Shown here piece by piece: positions 1 through 8,804 of a stretch of 40,586 nt of DNA; within the stretch, counting starts at the first letter, position 1, and each line of letters opens with the position of its first letter. The stretch is from UHGV virus genome UHGV-0211075; one strand, written 5' to 3'. Made by a program: the position numbers and the translations under genes. A model generated the notes under the pieces. The model had not been told where the DNA came from, ran no database searches, and worked only from the letters and a program-made list of their open reading frames with translations. Origin of the DNA: a virus.

Positions 1-18
1 ATTTACAGAGAGGCAAAC

Positions 19-663
19 ATGACTAGCTGGAATGATCGCCTAAAGCAAGTGATGCAAGAAAAAGGTGTCTTGGCTGCTGATTTAGTCCGAGCTACTGGGC
101 TATCCCCGGCGGGGATAAAGAAATGGTTAGACGGGGCAACGCTGGCGCCCAGATATGATGACGTCATTAAAACGTGCCGCATCCTTAACGTTTCTCCCGA
201 GTGGCTGATGGACGGGGTCGGAGTCGCCGCTATAAAAAATTCCATCAAATTGGACCTGATCGACATAAAAGGCTCATGCGGCACTGGTATAGAGAATTTT
301 GAAGAAATCCCTCAAATCCGCCAGCTTCTTGTTTCTCCCGAGTGGTTCAGCCGGCATTTTTCATACTTTAAACCGGGAAATATAAAAATCATTTCATCAC
401 TGGGCGATTCCATGTCCCCAGACATCGAAGACGGGGACGCCGTATTTTTAGATACCTCCGATACTTCTCTAATCCGTGATGGAATTTATGCGGTTCTCAT
501 TGATTCAGAGCTATTTATAAAGCGAGTGCAACGGGCTCCGGGGAAACTTATTTTCATAAGCTCTAACCCGGTTTATACGCCGTTCGAAGTCCATTCCGGC
601 GATGGCAGAAATGTCCGTTTTCTTGGGCGAGTGGTCAAAAGTATGAGGCTTCTTGACCTTTGA
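19..663 (+). CDS. cI: CI-like repressor (HTH + S24 peptidase)
   Basis: N-terminal HTH; SCG cleavage-type site, GDSMSP serine motif and FIKR lysine motif. Confidence 0.95.
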   Translation: MTSWNDRLKQVMQEKGVLAADLVRATGLSPAGIKKWLDGATLAPRYDDVIKTCRILNVSPEWLMDGVGVAAIKNSIKLDLIDIKGSCGTGIENFEEIPQIRQLLVSPEWFSRHFSYFKPGNIKIISSLGDSMSPDIEDGDAVFLDTSDTSLIRDGIYAVLIDSELFIKRVQRAPGKLIFISSNPVYTPFEVHSGDGRNVRFLGRVVKSMRLLDL

Positions 664-691
664 TGTAAAAAAGATTTTTTACTTTACTCTT

Positions 692-721
692 AACCTCCTC
701 TGCTAAAAGAGGAGGTTTTTT
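692..721 (+). terminator. Intrinsic terminator after cI
   Basis: AACCTCCTCT-gctaaa-AGAGGAGGTT followed by T run. Confidence 0.85.
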
Positions 722-732
722 CGTCTTTGCTA

Positions 733-788
733 TTTACTTTTGGATTAACTTAGGTTAATATATTTATTAGATAAGAACACTTTGGTGA
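733..788 (+). promoter_or_regulatory. PL-like early promoter with operator
   Basis: TTTACT(733-738)-17 nt-TAATAT(756-761); palindrome ATTAAC-N4-GTTAAT at 744-759; CACTTTGGTGA at 778-788. Confidence 0.8.
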
Positions 789-806
789 AGTATTCAAGGA
801 GCCCTC

Positions 807-1049
807 ATGTACACCTACCAAGTCCGTATGTACTCCAGCACTTTTGGAAACCACCAGGAGACTGTCACCCGCAAGAGCCCTATGACCGAAGCGGGACTGA
901 TCCGCTTCGCCCGCGGGTATATGCGCCCAGGGATGCAGGTAGCGGTGAAGCCGGGCTTCGCCGAGGACAGCCAGATGATCCAGCTGATGGTCGAAGACCG
1001 GTACGGCATCGAGAACGTGAAGATCGTGTGCTGCCGGGACACGGAATAA
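807..1049 (+). CDS. Hypothetical early protein
   Basis: AAGGAG RBS, typical codon usage, first gene after PL. Confidence 0.8.
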   Translation: MYTYQVRMYSSTFGNHQETVTRKSPMTEAGLIRFARGYMRPGMQVAVKPGFAEDSQMIQLMVEDRYGIENVKIVCCRDTE

Positions 1050-1059
1050 GGAGGAAATC

Positions 1060-1239
1060 ATGAACCAGTACGAAGCCGCCCGCCGCGAGCGTGAAGCGAC
1101 CGAGAGCCTCATGGAGGAGGACACCGCTAAGGAGATCCTCGGATGGATCTTCGAAGCCGCTGTCACCTTCCTCTCGGTCTTCGTGATCACTGCCGCGCTT
1201 CTCGCCTTCTTCGGGATCCTCGAGTTCTCGATCAATTGA
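1060..1239 (+). CDS. 59-aa protein with C-terminal transmembrane helix (not in ORF track)
   Basis: AAGGAGG RBS; MNQYEAARRE...VTFLSVFVITAALLAFFGILEFSIN. Confidence 0.8.
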   Translation: MNQYEAARREREATESLMEEDTAKEILGWIFEAAVTFLSVFVITAALLAFFGILEFSIN

Positions 1240-1247
1240 GGTCTGCG

Positions 1248-1715
1248 ATGGATAAAAACGAAAAACCGCTCCGCATTACTGAAGAAGCCGCCCGGGATAT
1301 GTGGGCGGCTGCATGTGGAATCGCCAAACAAGAAGTGGACTTTGATGTCGCACCGCAAGTGAACGGCTACCTTCTCAATCGGCTTAAAGAGTTACACGAA
1401 CTCGCTGGTGGCGGCGTCGATGATCCTCTCGGTTTCTTTATCCGTAAGCCCGGTGAGGAGAGCCTCTTTGAGGCAAAGCAAGTAGATGGCGCCCATACGG
1501 GCAAGACCGCCAAGCTGGTAGGCGAGTCGTTTGGAAGTGAACTCCTCGTATTTCTCCTCCAGCGTGCCCCCATTACCGCCCCCCGGATTCTTCAGGTGGT
1601 CGCCAAGTTTCTGATTGAACTTTTCAACGTTGAATTTTCTGCTGAAGGGAAGAACGATCGCCCCAGACTGCAGGCCGGCAACGATGATCTGGGTCACCTC
1701 GGCGGAGGTGAATGA
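1248..1715 (+). CDS. Hypothetical protein; 3' two-thirds overlap an antisense gene
   Basis: GAGG RBS and ATG at 1248, co-oriented with the operon. Confidence 0.5.
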   Translation: MDKNEKPLRITEEAARDMWAAACGIAKQEVDFDVAPQVNGYLLNRLKELHELAGGGVDDPLGFFIRKPGEESLFEAKQVDGAHTGKTAKLVGESFGSELLVFLLQRAPITAPRILQVVAKFLIELFNVEFSAEGKNDRPRLQAGNDDLGHLGGGE

Positions 1716-1730
1716 ATTTTAGTCAGACAT
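1392..1730 (-). pseudogene. Antisense gene with in-frame TAA at codon 4
   Basis: AAGGAG RBS then ATG TCT GAC TAA, in frame with ORF 1392..1697. Confidence 0.6.
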
Positions 1731-2014
1731 AGCTTTTCTCCTTGTGGATGAAAGAAAGAGCGTTTTGGTGGAACCGCTCAATTCAATCTTCCTACAAGGA
1801 GATCCTCAGAACCGAGTTCTTATGCATGGCTCAAAGCCATACACAAGATCTTGCAATGAAGGTAAGTGACAGGGGTGCAATGCCCCGGACAGCATTGATC
1901 CGTAAACGGCATTACGGGGACGCTCGAGCAGACAGCCGTACGACCTGACGCGGCTAACTCCCAGAAGCTCTTCTGAGCCATATGCCAGGGGCAGTTGACC
2001 TGAGCTGGGAGGAA

Positions 2015-2062
2015 AAAGCCTACCGTTGTCGCTTTTCTTAAGGACACAACGGTCGGTTTTTT
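2015..2062 (+). terminator. Terminator-like hairpin in early-left operon
   Basis: ACCGTTGT(2022-2029)/ACAACGGT(2046-2053) stem then T6. Confidence 0.55.
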
Positions 2063-2087
2063 CAAGTTGGATCTTTATGGAGAAGCA

Positions 2088-2768
2088 ATGAGTTACGCAA
2101 CACTAATTCTTGGCGAATCCGGCACCGGCAAAACAGCGAGTCTGAGGAATCTGGATCCGTCCAGAACGCTTCTGATTCAGCCGACTAGGAAACCACTCCC
2201 ATTCAAGCCCACTGGCTGGTTCGAGAGGAAATTCACCAAAAGCGGGAACAATGGCGGGAACATCTACGTCACAGATGATCCCAAGATCATTGTGGCGGCT
2301 ATGAAAAAGTCTCAGGCCGACATCATCGTGGTTGATGACTGGCAGTACATCCTCGCCAACATGTATATGGCTCGGCGGGATGAGAAGTCATTCGACAAGT
2401 TCAACGCGATCGGCGGTGCCGGCTTTGATATCTGCCAGGCCGCCTCTCAGCTCGATGGAGACAAGCGCGTCTACATCCTCGCTCACACCACTACCGACGA
2501 ATTCGGCAACACCAAGATCAAAACACTGGGAAAGCTCCTCGACGACAAGATCGTGGTCGAGGGCATGTTCACAACTGTTCTTCGGACTCACGTTGTGAAC
2601 GGCCAGTACTACTTCAGCACCCAGAACTCAGGTTCAGACACCGTCAAGTCTCCTATGGGGATGTTCGAAACGGCAGAAATCGAGAACGACCTGGCTGCTG
2701 TCGACAAAGCTATCTGCACTTACTACGGAGTCACCAATGGCGACAAAACTAACGCTGTATCAGCTTGA
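2088..2768 (+). CDS. AAA_24-type ATPase (Sak4-like recombination protein)
   Basis: Walker A GESGTGKT, Walker B IIVVDD; next to Gp157 and SSB-like genes. Confidence 0.8.
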   Translation: MSYATLILGESGTGKTASLRNLDPSRTLLIQPTRKPLPFKPTGWFERKFTKSGNNGGNIYVTDDPKIIVAAMKKSQADIIVVDDWQYILANMYMARRDEKSFDKFNAIGGAGFDICQAASQLDGDKRVYILAHTTTDEFGNTKIKTLGKLLDDKIVVEGMFTTVLRTHVVNGQYYFSTQNSGSDTVKSPMGMFETAEIENDLAAVDKAICTYYGVTNGDKTNAVSA

Positions 2769-3243
2769 TGAAAGTATCCGGGAACTCTTCGAAAACCTTC
2801 CGGTTGATGAAGATACCGGTGAAATCCTCCCCGAAGCGGCCGCCCAGATCGACGCTCTTCACGAACAGTTCGAAGAGAAGATCTGCGGTATCGGTCTCTA
2901 CGTCAAGGAACTCAAGGCTAACGCGGAGGCATGCAAGGAAGCGTCTGCTCAGCTTTCCGCCCGAGCCAAATCCCTCAATTCCCGCGCTGATTGGCTGAAG
3001 TCCTATGCCCTTCAGCACATGCAGCAGAACGGACTCGTCAAAGCCGAGAACCCGCTTTGCAAGGTATCGGTTGCCAAGGGTATGCCGACCGTCTCTATCT
3101 ACGACGAGAAGCAGATCCCTGAGAAGTTCTACATCGTCAAGAAAGAACTCAGCAAAGCCGCAATGAAGATTGCGCTGAAGGATGGCGTTGATATCCCGGG
3201 TGCCAAGCTGGTGACCGGTCCGGCGTCTCTTCGAATCAAGTAA
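2737..3243 (+). CDS. Siphovirus Gp157-family protein
   Basis: LYQL start, coiled coil, C-terminal IPGAKLV...SLRIK. Confidence 0.85.
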   Translation: MATKLTLYQLDESIRELFENLPVDEDTGEILPEAAAQIDALHEQFEEKICGIGLYVKELKANAEACKEASAQLSARAKSLNSRADWLKSYALQHMQQNGLVKAENPLCKVSVAKGMPTVSIYDEKQIPEKFYIVKKELSKAAMKIALKDGVDIPGAKLVTGPASLRIK

Positions 3244-3267
3244 TCCCCATTTTTAAAAGGAAAACAA

Positions 3268-3885
3268 ATGGACTTCACTCTTAACGCGGATAGCGCCAAG
3301 GAATCTTGCCGGGCCCCCAGTGCCATCACGGAATCCGGCGCTTATATCGGTCAGTTCCATGACGCGTACTACTACACCACGAGGTCGGGTGCCGGCTTCA
3401 TGGTGTTCAACTTCTTCGCGAACGACGGACGTTCCGCTCGTCTGAATATGTGCATTACGAAGCGGGATGGATCTGACTCTTTCGCTCGAGGGATTGTGGA
3501 CGCGGTGATGACGGTTCTTCGTAAGCGTTCGATCTCTTCCACGCTGGGCGTCATTAAGTACTCGAACGGTAACTCTCAGGACGTTGAGCGCTTCCATGAT
3601 CTCGAAGGAAAGAAGATCGGCGTGATCCTTCAGCGAGTGAATGATCCGTCTGATGAGAAGTACCCGTTCCACATGGAGCTCCTCACGCCGTTCGACGCCG
3701 ACACCCGCATGAACGCCCGGGAAATTCTCGAGAAGGCTCCGGAAGCAAAGGCAGTGGACGCCCGGCTGAAGACTCTGTCGGACCGCACGCTTAAGAAGAA
3801 GTCCGCAGCCGAATCGTTCGAGTCTCCCAAGCGAGATGAAGCGCCGGCACACGATACGTTCGTGAACGAAGACATCCCCTTCTAA
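3268..3885 (+). CDS. Phage single-stranded DNA-binding-like protein
   Basis: Acidic tail ending EDIPF; recombination module context. Confidence 0.65.
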   Translation: MDFTLNADSAKESCRAPSAITESGAYIGQFHDAYYYTTRSGAGFMVFNFFANDGRSARLNMCITKRDGSDSFARGIVDAVMTVLRKRSISSTLGVIKYSNGNSQDVERFHDLEGKKIGVILQRVNDPSDEKYPFHMELLTPFDADTRMNAREILEKAPEAKAVDARLKTLSDRTLKKKSAAESFESPKRDEAPAHDTFVNEDIPF

Positions 3886-3899
3886 GAAAAGATTCACCC

Positions 3900-4277
3900 A
3901 TGACTGAAGAAAAAATCAATCACCCGGCGCACTATAACCAGCTGCCGCACGAAGTCATCGAGATCGTTGCTGATCGGGATTTCTGTTCTGGGAACGTTGT
4001 GAAGTACCTGATGCGCGCCCCATATAAGGGAAATGCAGTTGATGACCTGAAAAAGGCGCGCTGGTATCTGATATGGCTCCTGGAGCATAACTACCCGATA
4101 GGCTCGCGCGATCTTTACCATAAGGAATACAGAATGACTTGTGAAAACGCTAATGCGATCAGCGGTCCTGGAGCCGGAGAAATCTCAAAAGCAATCAAGC
4201 TTTTTGTGTCCGGATACGGGGAGGAAGCTTTGGCCGCTATAGATAAAGCAATAGATGAACAGGAGAGCGAGAAATGA
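3900..4277 (+). CDS. DUF3310 (SaV-like) protein
   Basis: INHPAHY...GNVVKYLMRA..K...DLKKARWY. Confidence 0.85.
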   Translation: MTEEKINHPAHYNQLPHEVIEIVADRDFCSGNVVKYLMRAPYKGNAVDDLKKARWYLIWLLEHNYPIGSRDLYHKEYRMTCENANAISGPGAGEISKAIKLFVSGYGEEALAAIDKAIDEQESEK

Positions 4278-4495
4278 GGAAGCGTGACAGAACAATCCCC
4301 CCGCTGGGGCTACTGATGGTGGATGTGAAAGAAGCCGCGGCCATGCTCTCGATTGGGGAAAGCACCGTGTGGAAAAAGGTGAAGGAAGATCCCTCGTTCC
4401 CTCGGCCCGTGCGCCTCAGCCCAAAGTGCACGAGGTTCAAGGTAGACGATATCAGGAAGTGGGTGAAATCCGTCGGTACGGGAGTCTCAGCGTGA
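4274..4495 (+). CDS. AlpA-family excisionase/regulator
   Basis: HTH followed by FPRPVRLSPKCTRF. Confidence 0.85.
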   Translation: MRKRDRTIPPLGLLMVDVKEAAAMLSIGESTVWKKVKEDPSFPRPVRLSPKCTRFKVDDIRKWVKSVGTGVSA

Positions 4496-4553
4496 GTTTG
4501 GGGGAGCCGCGTAAAGCTCAACAGCAATATCTTCAATATGGTATATTTTCCCT

Positions 4554-4636
4554 GTCCGGATTCCGGACGCGGGATTGGCGTCCCGAGCTATACGGCGAGC
4601 AATAGCAAGCCGCCGACTGTTGAAAGCGGCTTTTTT
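4554..4636 (+). ncRNA. C4-like antisense RNA
   Basis: Extended -10 TGgTATATT at 4539-4547; hairpins GTCCGGA/TCCGGAC, CGGGA-TTGGCG-TCCCG and AAGCCGC/GCGGCTT-T run; lies upstream of an antirepressor remnant. Confidence 0.6.
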
Positions 4637-4671
4637 GTTGTCTCGTGCATGGGGTCGTGAAACTCGACCCC

Positions 4672-5116
4672 ATCCGCAAGACCGGGAGCTACTCAGCAGC
4701 CACCCTCGCCCCCGCGGAGCAACTGCAGATCCGCAAGGCCATCTCGGCGCGCGCCCTACGCCCGCTTTCAGGTCGCAAAGTATGACCAGATCCGAAGCGA
4801 GGATCTTCAGACCGCTCTCGACTTCATCGCAACCTGCGAGGTAAAGCTCCCCGCGCTCGTAGATAAAAACTGCATCACGCTCTCAAGAGACGAGATGGAA
4901 CGTATCAGAACCCTCGTCTACTACAAAAAATATCTCTTCCGCAGGCAGCTTGACCTTGTCTATCAGATCCTCGTTGCTGTCCAGTCTCCAGAGGCGCCGC
5001 GCTTCTACGAAATGATGAACGAGGCAAACATGAATGAGGTCGAAAAGATCCTCGACCACCACGACATGGCCGTAAAGGATTTGCCGTGCTATAGGTACCT
5101 GGTGGCGCAACACTAA
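4672..5116 (+). pseudogene. Deleted, frameshifted Bro-N/ORF6C-type antirepressor
   Basis: IRKTGSY (end of Bro-N) at 4672; frame changes at about 4757 into YARFQVAKYDQI, which continues into ORF 4895..5116. Confidence 0.7.
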
Positions 5117-5166
5117 GCGCATCAAAACCACAGCCCTCTTACCCGCCAGAAGAGGGCCTACGGGCT

Positions 5167-5670
5167 TCAAGGATAAGGTGATGAGAGTGTGAAAATCGGT
5201 TTTGGGGTTGAATTGGCAAAAAGATAAAGCAGCCCCTTCCATTTAACCCCAAACTGATTGCATACATCAGGAATCTTAGGATGCTTCTTAGAATCGGGCC
5301 TAGGGAGTTCGTGCGTTATGACCATATCCCCGCTGGTCATTGCATAAGCAATTAAGCTCCCATCTGCCTTCTGTAAAAAATCATTCATATGTGTGAACCC
5401 TTTGCCATTAAGAAAGTTCACGATCTTCTTATGGTTTATCATGTAATTTTTTGCCTTTTCTTCTTTAATTACATATTGCTTTCTGCTCTTTATCCAATCC
5501 GATACCTCATCGTCTCCTCCAGATACCTCTTTATAGACCGACGAAAGAAGAAGAAACTGCCTCGTTTTAAATCCAGAATCAAGCCATTCCCAAAACCCGG
5601 GGAAATAAGTAAATGGGTAGTCTTTATTCTTGGCTTGGAGGAAAATGTTGGTGTCAAGGATAAAAGCCAT
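5167..5670 (-). CDS. DUF4411 PIN-like nuclease
   Basis: LDTNIF...FPGFWEWL...ADGSLIAYA...VITHE...KIPDVC. Confidence 0.88.
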   Translation of the reverse strand: MAFILDTNIFLQAKNKDYPFTYFPGFWEWLDSGFKTRQFLLLSSVYKEVSGGDDEVSDWIKSRKQYVIKEEKAKNYMINHKKIVNFLNGKGFTHMNDFLQKADGSLIAYAMTSGDMVITHELPRPDSKKHPKIPDVCNQFGVKWKGLLYLFANSTPKPIFTLSSPYP

Positions 5671-5672
5671 TT

Positions 5673-6839
5673 TTATGCTCCAGTAAAGGCAATTTCTTTT
5701 GCATATTTATCGATGGATTTTGGCTTTATCCCCGATAATTGCCACATATCGCGATAAAGAAGAGCCCCAGACTTAACAGAACTTATCAGGGCTCGAGAAA
5801 AATTCCGCCCCAATGCCGCACCTCTGGACTTGTAATAGTCAGCGGATCCACTTGCTTTCGGCTGCATCCGCCCCTGCTCCTTTATCTGGCTTAACGCCGT
5901 CCGATACTGTGCCTCAGAAATTCTCCTCAGCACCCTCGCCCTAGTCAGCACTGCCCACGAGCTGACTTTTAACTTCCGAGACAACTGATCAATCTTTCTA
6001 ATCAGATCATCTTCCTGAATCTTTTTAAACTCATTTTCATCAGGGAGTTCAGACTTGGGAATTAAGACAGCGCCAGCAACATGGTTGGCAAAACTCTCTT
6101 TACCTGTAACGAAACGGTCACCTCCAGACACCCCGGAGTCATTCTTGCCTATATGGACAAGTTCATGCACCAAAGAAAAGGCCTGTCCCGCGAGAGCGTC
6201 TTTGCTATTTATGAAAATAAAGGGCGCGTAATCGTCAGACAAAGCGAATCCACGAAACTCATTAGGATCAAGCGGTCTTCTTGTATTTACACGAACAATC
6301 CCGCTACGCATTACACATATACCCAGCGCTTCTATTTTTCTAGTAAGCGCCGAAATAAACGCGCCACGACTATTCGCTTCTTTTCTCAGATCAGCAATAG
6401 AAAGTGTCTCAGAGATAAACTTGGCAGCTTCCTCCGGGTCGTCATAATTGAGAAGGCTCCCAACAAAACCATTGGGTTCACTGAAACCGTTTTTTAGATA
6501 GTCCCGGTACCAGTCCTGGCATTCTGTAACGTAATCAATAGTGTCCCTTAGATTGGGACTTTCTTCCACCAAACGCTTCCCTTCAACCGTTCTAAAGTCC
6601 GGGATTTGTATGGTGTCTGCTGGGGGGGTATCCAAAAGCAACATCGGGAAAGCAATAAAGGCCCTTTCTGCAAGCCTTTTTGCCTGCGAGATGCTGGGGG
6701 CAACCTCCCCGCTCTTCCATTTCCCTATCGTCCCCTCTTTAACCTTGATTTTCTTCTCAAGGTCTTTTTCACCTAGCTTTGTACGAGAAATCGCCCAAGA
6801 TAGGGTCTGAGGGGAAAAGATTTTTTCAACATTTTCCAT
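5673..6839 (-). CDS. HTH + ImmA/IrrE (M78) metallopeptidase
   Basis: N-terminal HTH, PDFRT, FRGFAL, HELVH zinc motif; GGAGG RBS before ATG 6839. Confidence 0.9.
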   Translation of the reverse strand: MENVEKIFSPQTLSWAISRTKLGEKDLEKKIKVKEGTIGKWKSGEVAPSISQAKRLAERAFIAFPMLLLDTPPADTIQIPDFRTVEGKRLVEESPNLRDTIDYVTECQDWYRDYLKNGFSEPNGFVGSLLNYDDPEEAAKFISETLSIADLRKEANSRGAFISALTRKIEALGICVMRSGIVRVNTRRPLDPNEFRGFALSDDYAPFIFINSKDALAGQAFSLVHELVHIGKNDSGVSGGDRFVTGKESFANHVAGAVLIPKSELPDENEFKKIQEDDLIRKIDQLSRKLKVSSWAVLTRARVLRRISEAQYRTALSQIKEQGRMQPKASGSADYYKSRGAALGRNFSRALISSVKSGALLYRDMWQLSGIKPKSIDKYAKEIAFTGA

Positions 6840-6980
6840 ATCAGGCCTCCATACCCGATTATGCTCTTGCTTGCCCCGCTCCGCCAAAGCCCCTCTGCTA
6901 GACCTGTTTTTAATCCAATCGTTTAGCTAAATCTCCGGCACTTGGTCGGTAATACCGCTGGAGCTTAAAGCGCTGCCAGT

Positions 6981-8342
6981 TTATCCGACATGAACCAATG
7001 ACATGCAGAATTTTCCCCAAGCATCGTAGACCTCACGCATATCACCCAGAGCCTGCTCCCGATCGTACGCGCACTGGTAGGACTCGTTGCGGTGATCCAA
7101 GCAGCTTTCTCTCAGATCGCGCGAGAACGGCTTGTGGGAGTATCCCTTGGCATCCTTGGCCCAGGTATTGAAAGTTGCCCGCGCGAGCCCGTGGAGGGTC
7201 ACTATACGGGGTTTGCCAGTCTTCGCATGGAACTGGTCGGGGTCTACCCAGCCAATCCCGTCAATTCTTTTCTGTTTGTCGTGCATGCGCTTAATCAGCG
7301 CCCGGACAGAATCACGGGAAAAAGGAGAATTTCTCCCCTTGTTCACATTGGGGAAAATATAGGAATCTGGAGACCTCCCTACCCGTGGGGCTGATTCCAG
7401 CAGCTGAACGGCTTCTGGGCAAAGCGGTGTTTTGCGGTCAAAGGGAATCTTTTCGCTCTTCACCTTCATGCGGGCACGAGGAATAACGTGCAGCCACCTC
7501 CCATCATCATCCTGCTGGATTTCCCCCCATGTTGCTTCACGCGCTGTTGTGTTGCGCGCTGAAGTAAGGATCGCGAATGCAAGACAGCGGGCCGTCTGAC
7601 TAACCGGGACAAGCTGCATAAGTGCCTTAAAGAAAGCCGGCATACGTTTCGGCGGCAGTGCCGGCTCGTGCCCGCCTTCCGGTCGATTTAGTGGCAGCAA
7701 ATCCCCTAAACGCCCGTCCACCACCTGGCACGGGTTAACCATCGGCGGGATCATCTCCGAGCGTATTGCCCAATCAATCGCTCTTTTAGCGTCGCTAAGG
7801 ATCCTTTCTGGCGTGTCAATCATGGTTCCCCACTTTTCCCCCAGGGCATCACAGAACATCTGAGGTTTCAGGTCTACAACCGGGCAGTCTCTGATTTCTT
7901 TAGGGATGTGATTCCTGAAAAAGCCATCCCAAACCAGATCGCGGGATTTTTCAGCGTTTTTCCACCTCCCCCTCTTTGTGTTGAACTCAATCCACTTCCA
8001 GATAAGTTTTTCAAAGGTTAGTGCGTCCTCCTCTTTTTGAGGTGCCGGGGATGGGCGTAGCGCGTCTCTGGCCGCTTTCTCCTGCTCAGATGGGTCAATC
8101 CCTTCCGCTATCAGTTTCCTCCATCTGAGCCCCTTCTCGAAGGCCTCAGCGAGTGACATTTCGGGATACTTCCCGAGAGTAAAGACCCGCTTCAAACCAC
8201 GATCCCGAAGCAGGAAATAACGGGCATATGTCCCGTCCTTGAGCTTCCGGACTCCAACATAAAGCCCGGGGACAATCCCGCATGAAGCGTCAGCCGTCAG
8301 GGCTTTCAAACGCTTGTCCGTCATCCTGTTTGCCACGCGCAT
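6981..8342 (-). CDS. int: Tyrosine integrase with arm-binding domain
   Basis: TLGKYPEMSLAEA arm domain; catalytic R (LTSAR), HGLAR, LDH, Y (CAYDR). Confidence 0.93.
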   Translation of the reverse strand: MRVANRMTDKRLKALTADASCGIVPGLYVGVRKLKDGTYARYFLLRDRGLKRVFTLGKYPEMSLAEAFEKGLRWRKLIAEGIDPSEQEKAARDALRPSPAPQKEEDALTFEKLIWKWIEFNTKRGRWKNAEKSRDLVWDGFFRNHIPKEIRDCPVVDLKPQMFCDALGEKWGTMIDTPERILSDAKRAIDWAIRSEMIPPMVNPCQVVDGRLGDLLPLNRPEGGHEPALPPKRMPAFFKALMQLVPVSQTARCLAFAILTSARNTTAREATWGEIQQDDDGRWLHVIPRARMKVKSEKIPFDRKTPLCPEAVQLLESAPRVGRSPDSYIFPNVNKGRNSPFSRDSVRALIKRMHDKQKRIDGIGWVDPDQFHAKTGKPRIVTLHGLARATFNTWAKDAKGYSHKPFSRDLRESCLDHRNESYQCAYDREQALGDMREVYDAWGKFCMSLVHVG

Positions 8343-8389
8343 AACGCTCAATCTCCGTAATCAAATGTTTTTAAATAAAAAATACGGTT

Positions 8390-8700
8390 ATTACCACAAA
8401 AAATTCCGTTATGTTTGGGGAGAAATTGAGGTTTCCCCGCTCATTTGTGGTAATGATTGTGGCATAGATTCTTAGATAATGACACGCCTTACGGAGAGGA
8501 TTAGAGACAAAGACAACACGCGTATTGTGTCTTAAGCTCTTGTTTTTATTGAGTTGTCGTAGACGAATACAAAGAAAAAGGAGGCAACTTTCGTTGTCTC
8601 CTTTCCTGGAATTGGTCGGGGTGGTGGGACTCGGATATCCCTATTACCAAAGGGTTTTAAATGGATGTTGTTGCCTGTTTGTGGCTTAGTTTGTGGTAAT
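8390..8700. other. attP: tRNA-Pro 3'-end core flanked by integrase arm-type repeats
   Basis: 8613-8633 reads CGAGTCCCACCACCCCGACCA on minus strand; TTTGTGGTAAT at 8444, 8690 and inverted at 8390, variants at 8456 and 8678. Confidence 0.8.
8576..8603 (-). terminator. Terminator following the tRNA 3' fragment
   Basis: AGGAGACAAC-gaaa-GTTGCCTCCT then T run on minus strand. Confidence 0.75.
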
Positions 8701-8804
8701 AAGTCCCTATGTTCCCCAATAATTAGGGGTAAACCCCATAATTGTGAGGGGGGAGAAATGATTTATCGTATATCCATACATTTCCTTACTATTAGGAGAA
8801 AAAC

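Noticed and set aside
8613..8633. Complete tRNA gene
   Set aside because: Only the last 21 nt are present; it is the att core
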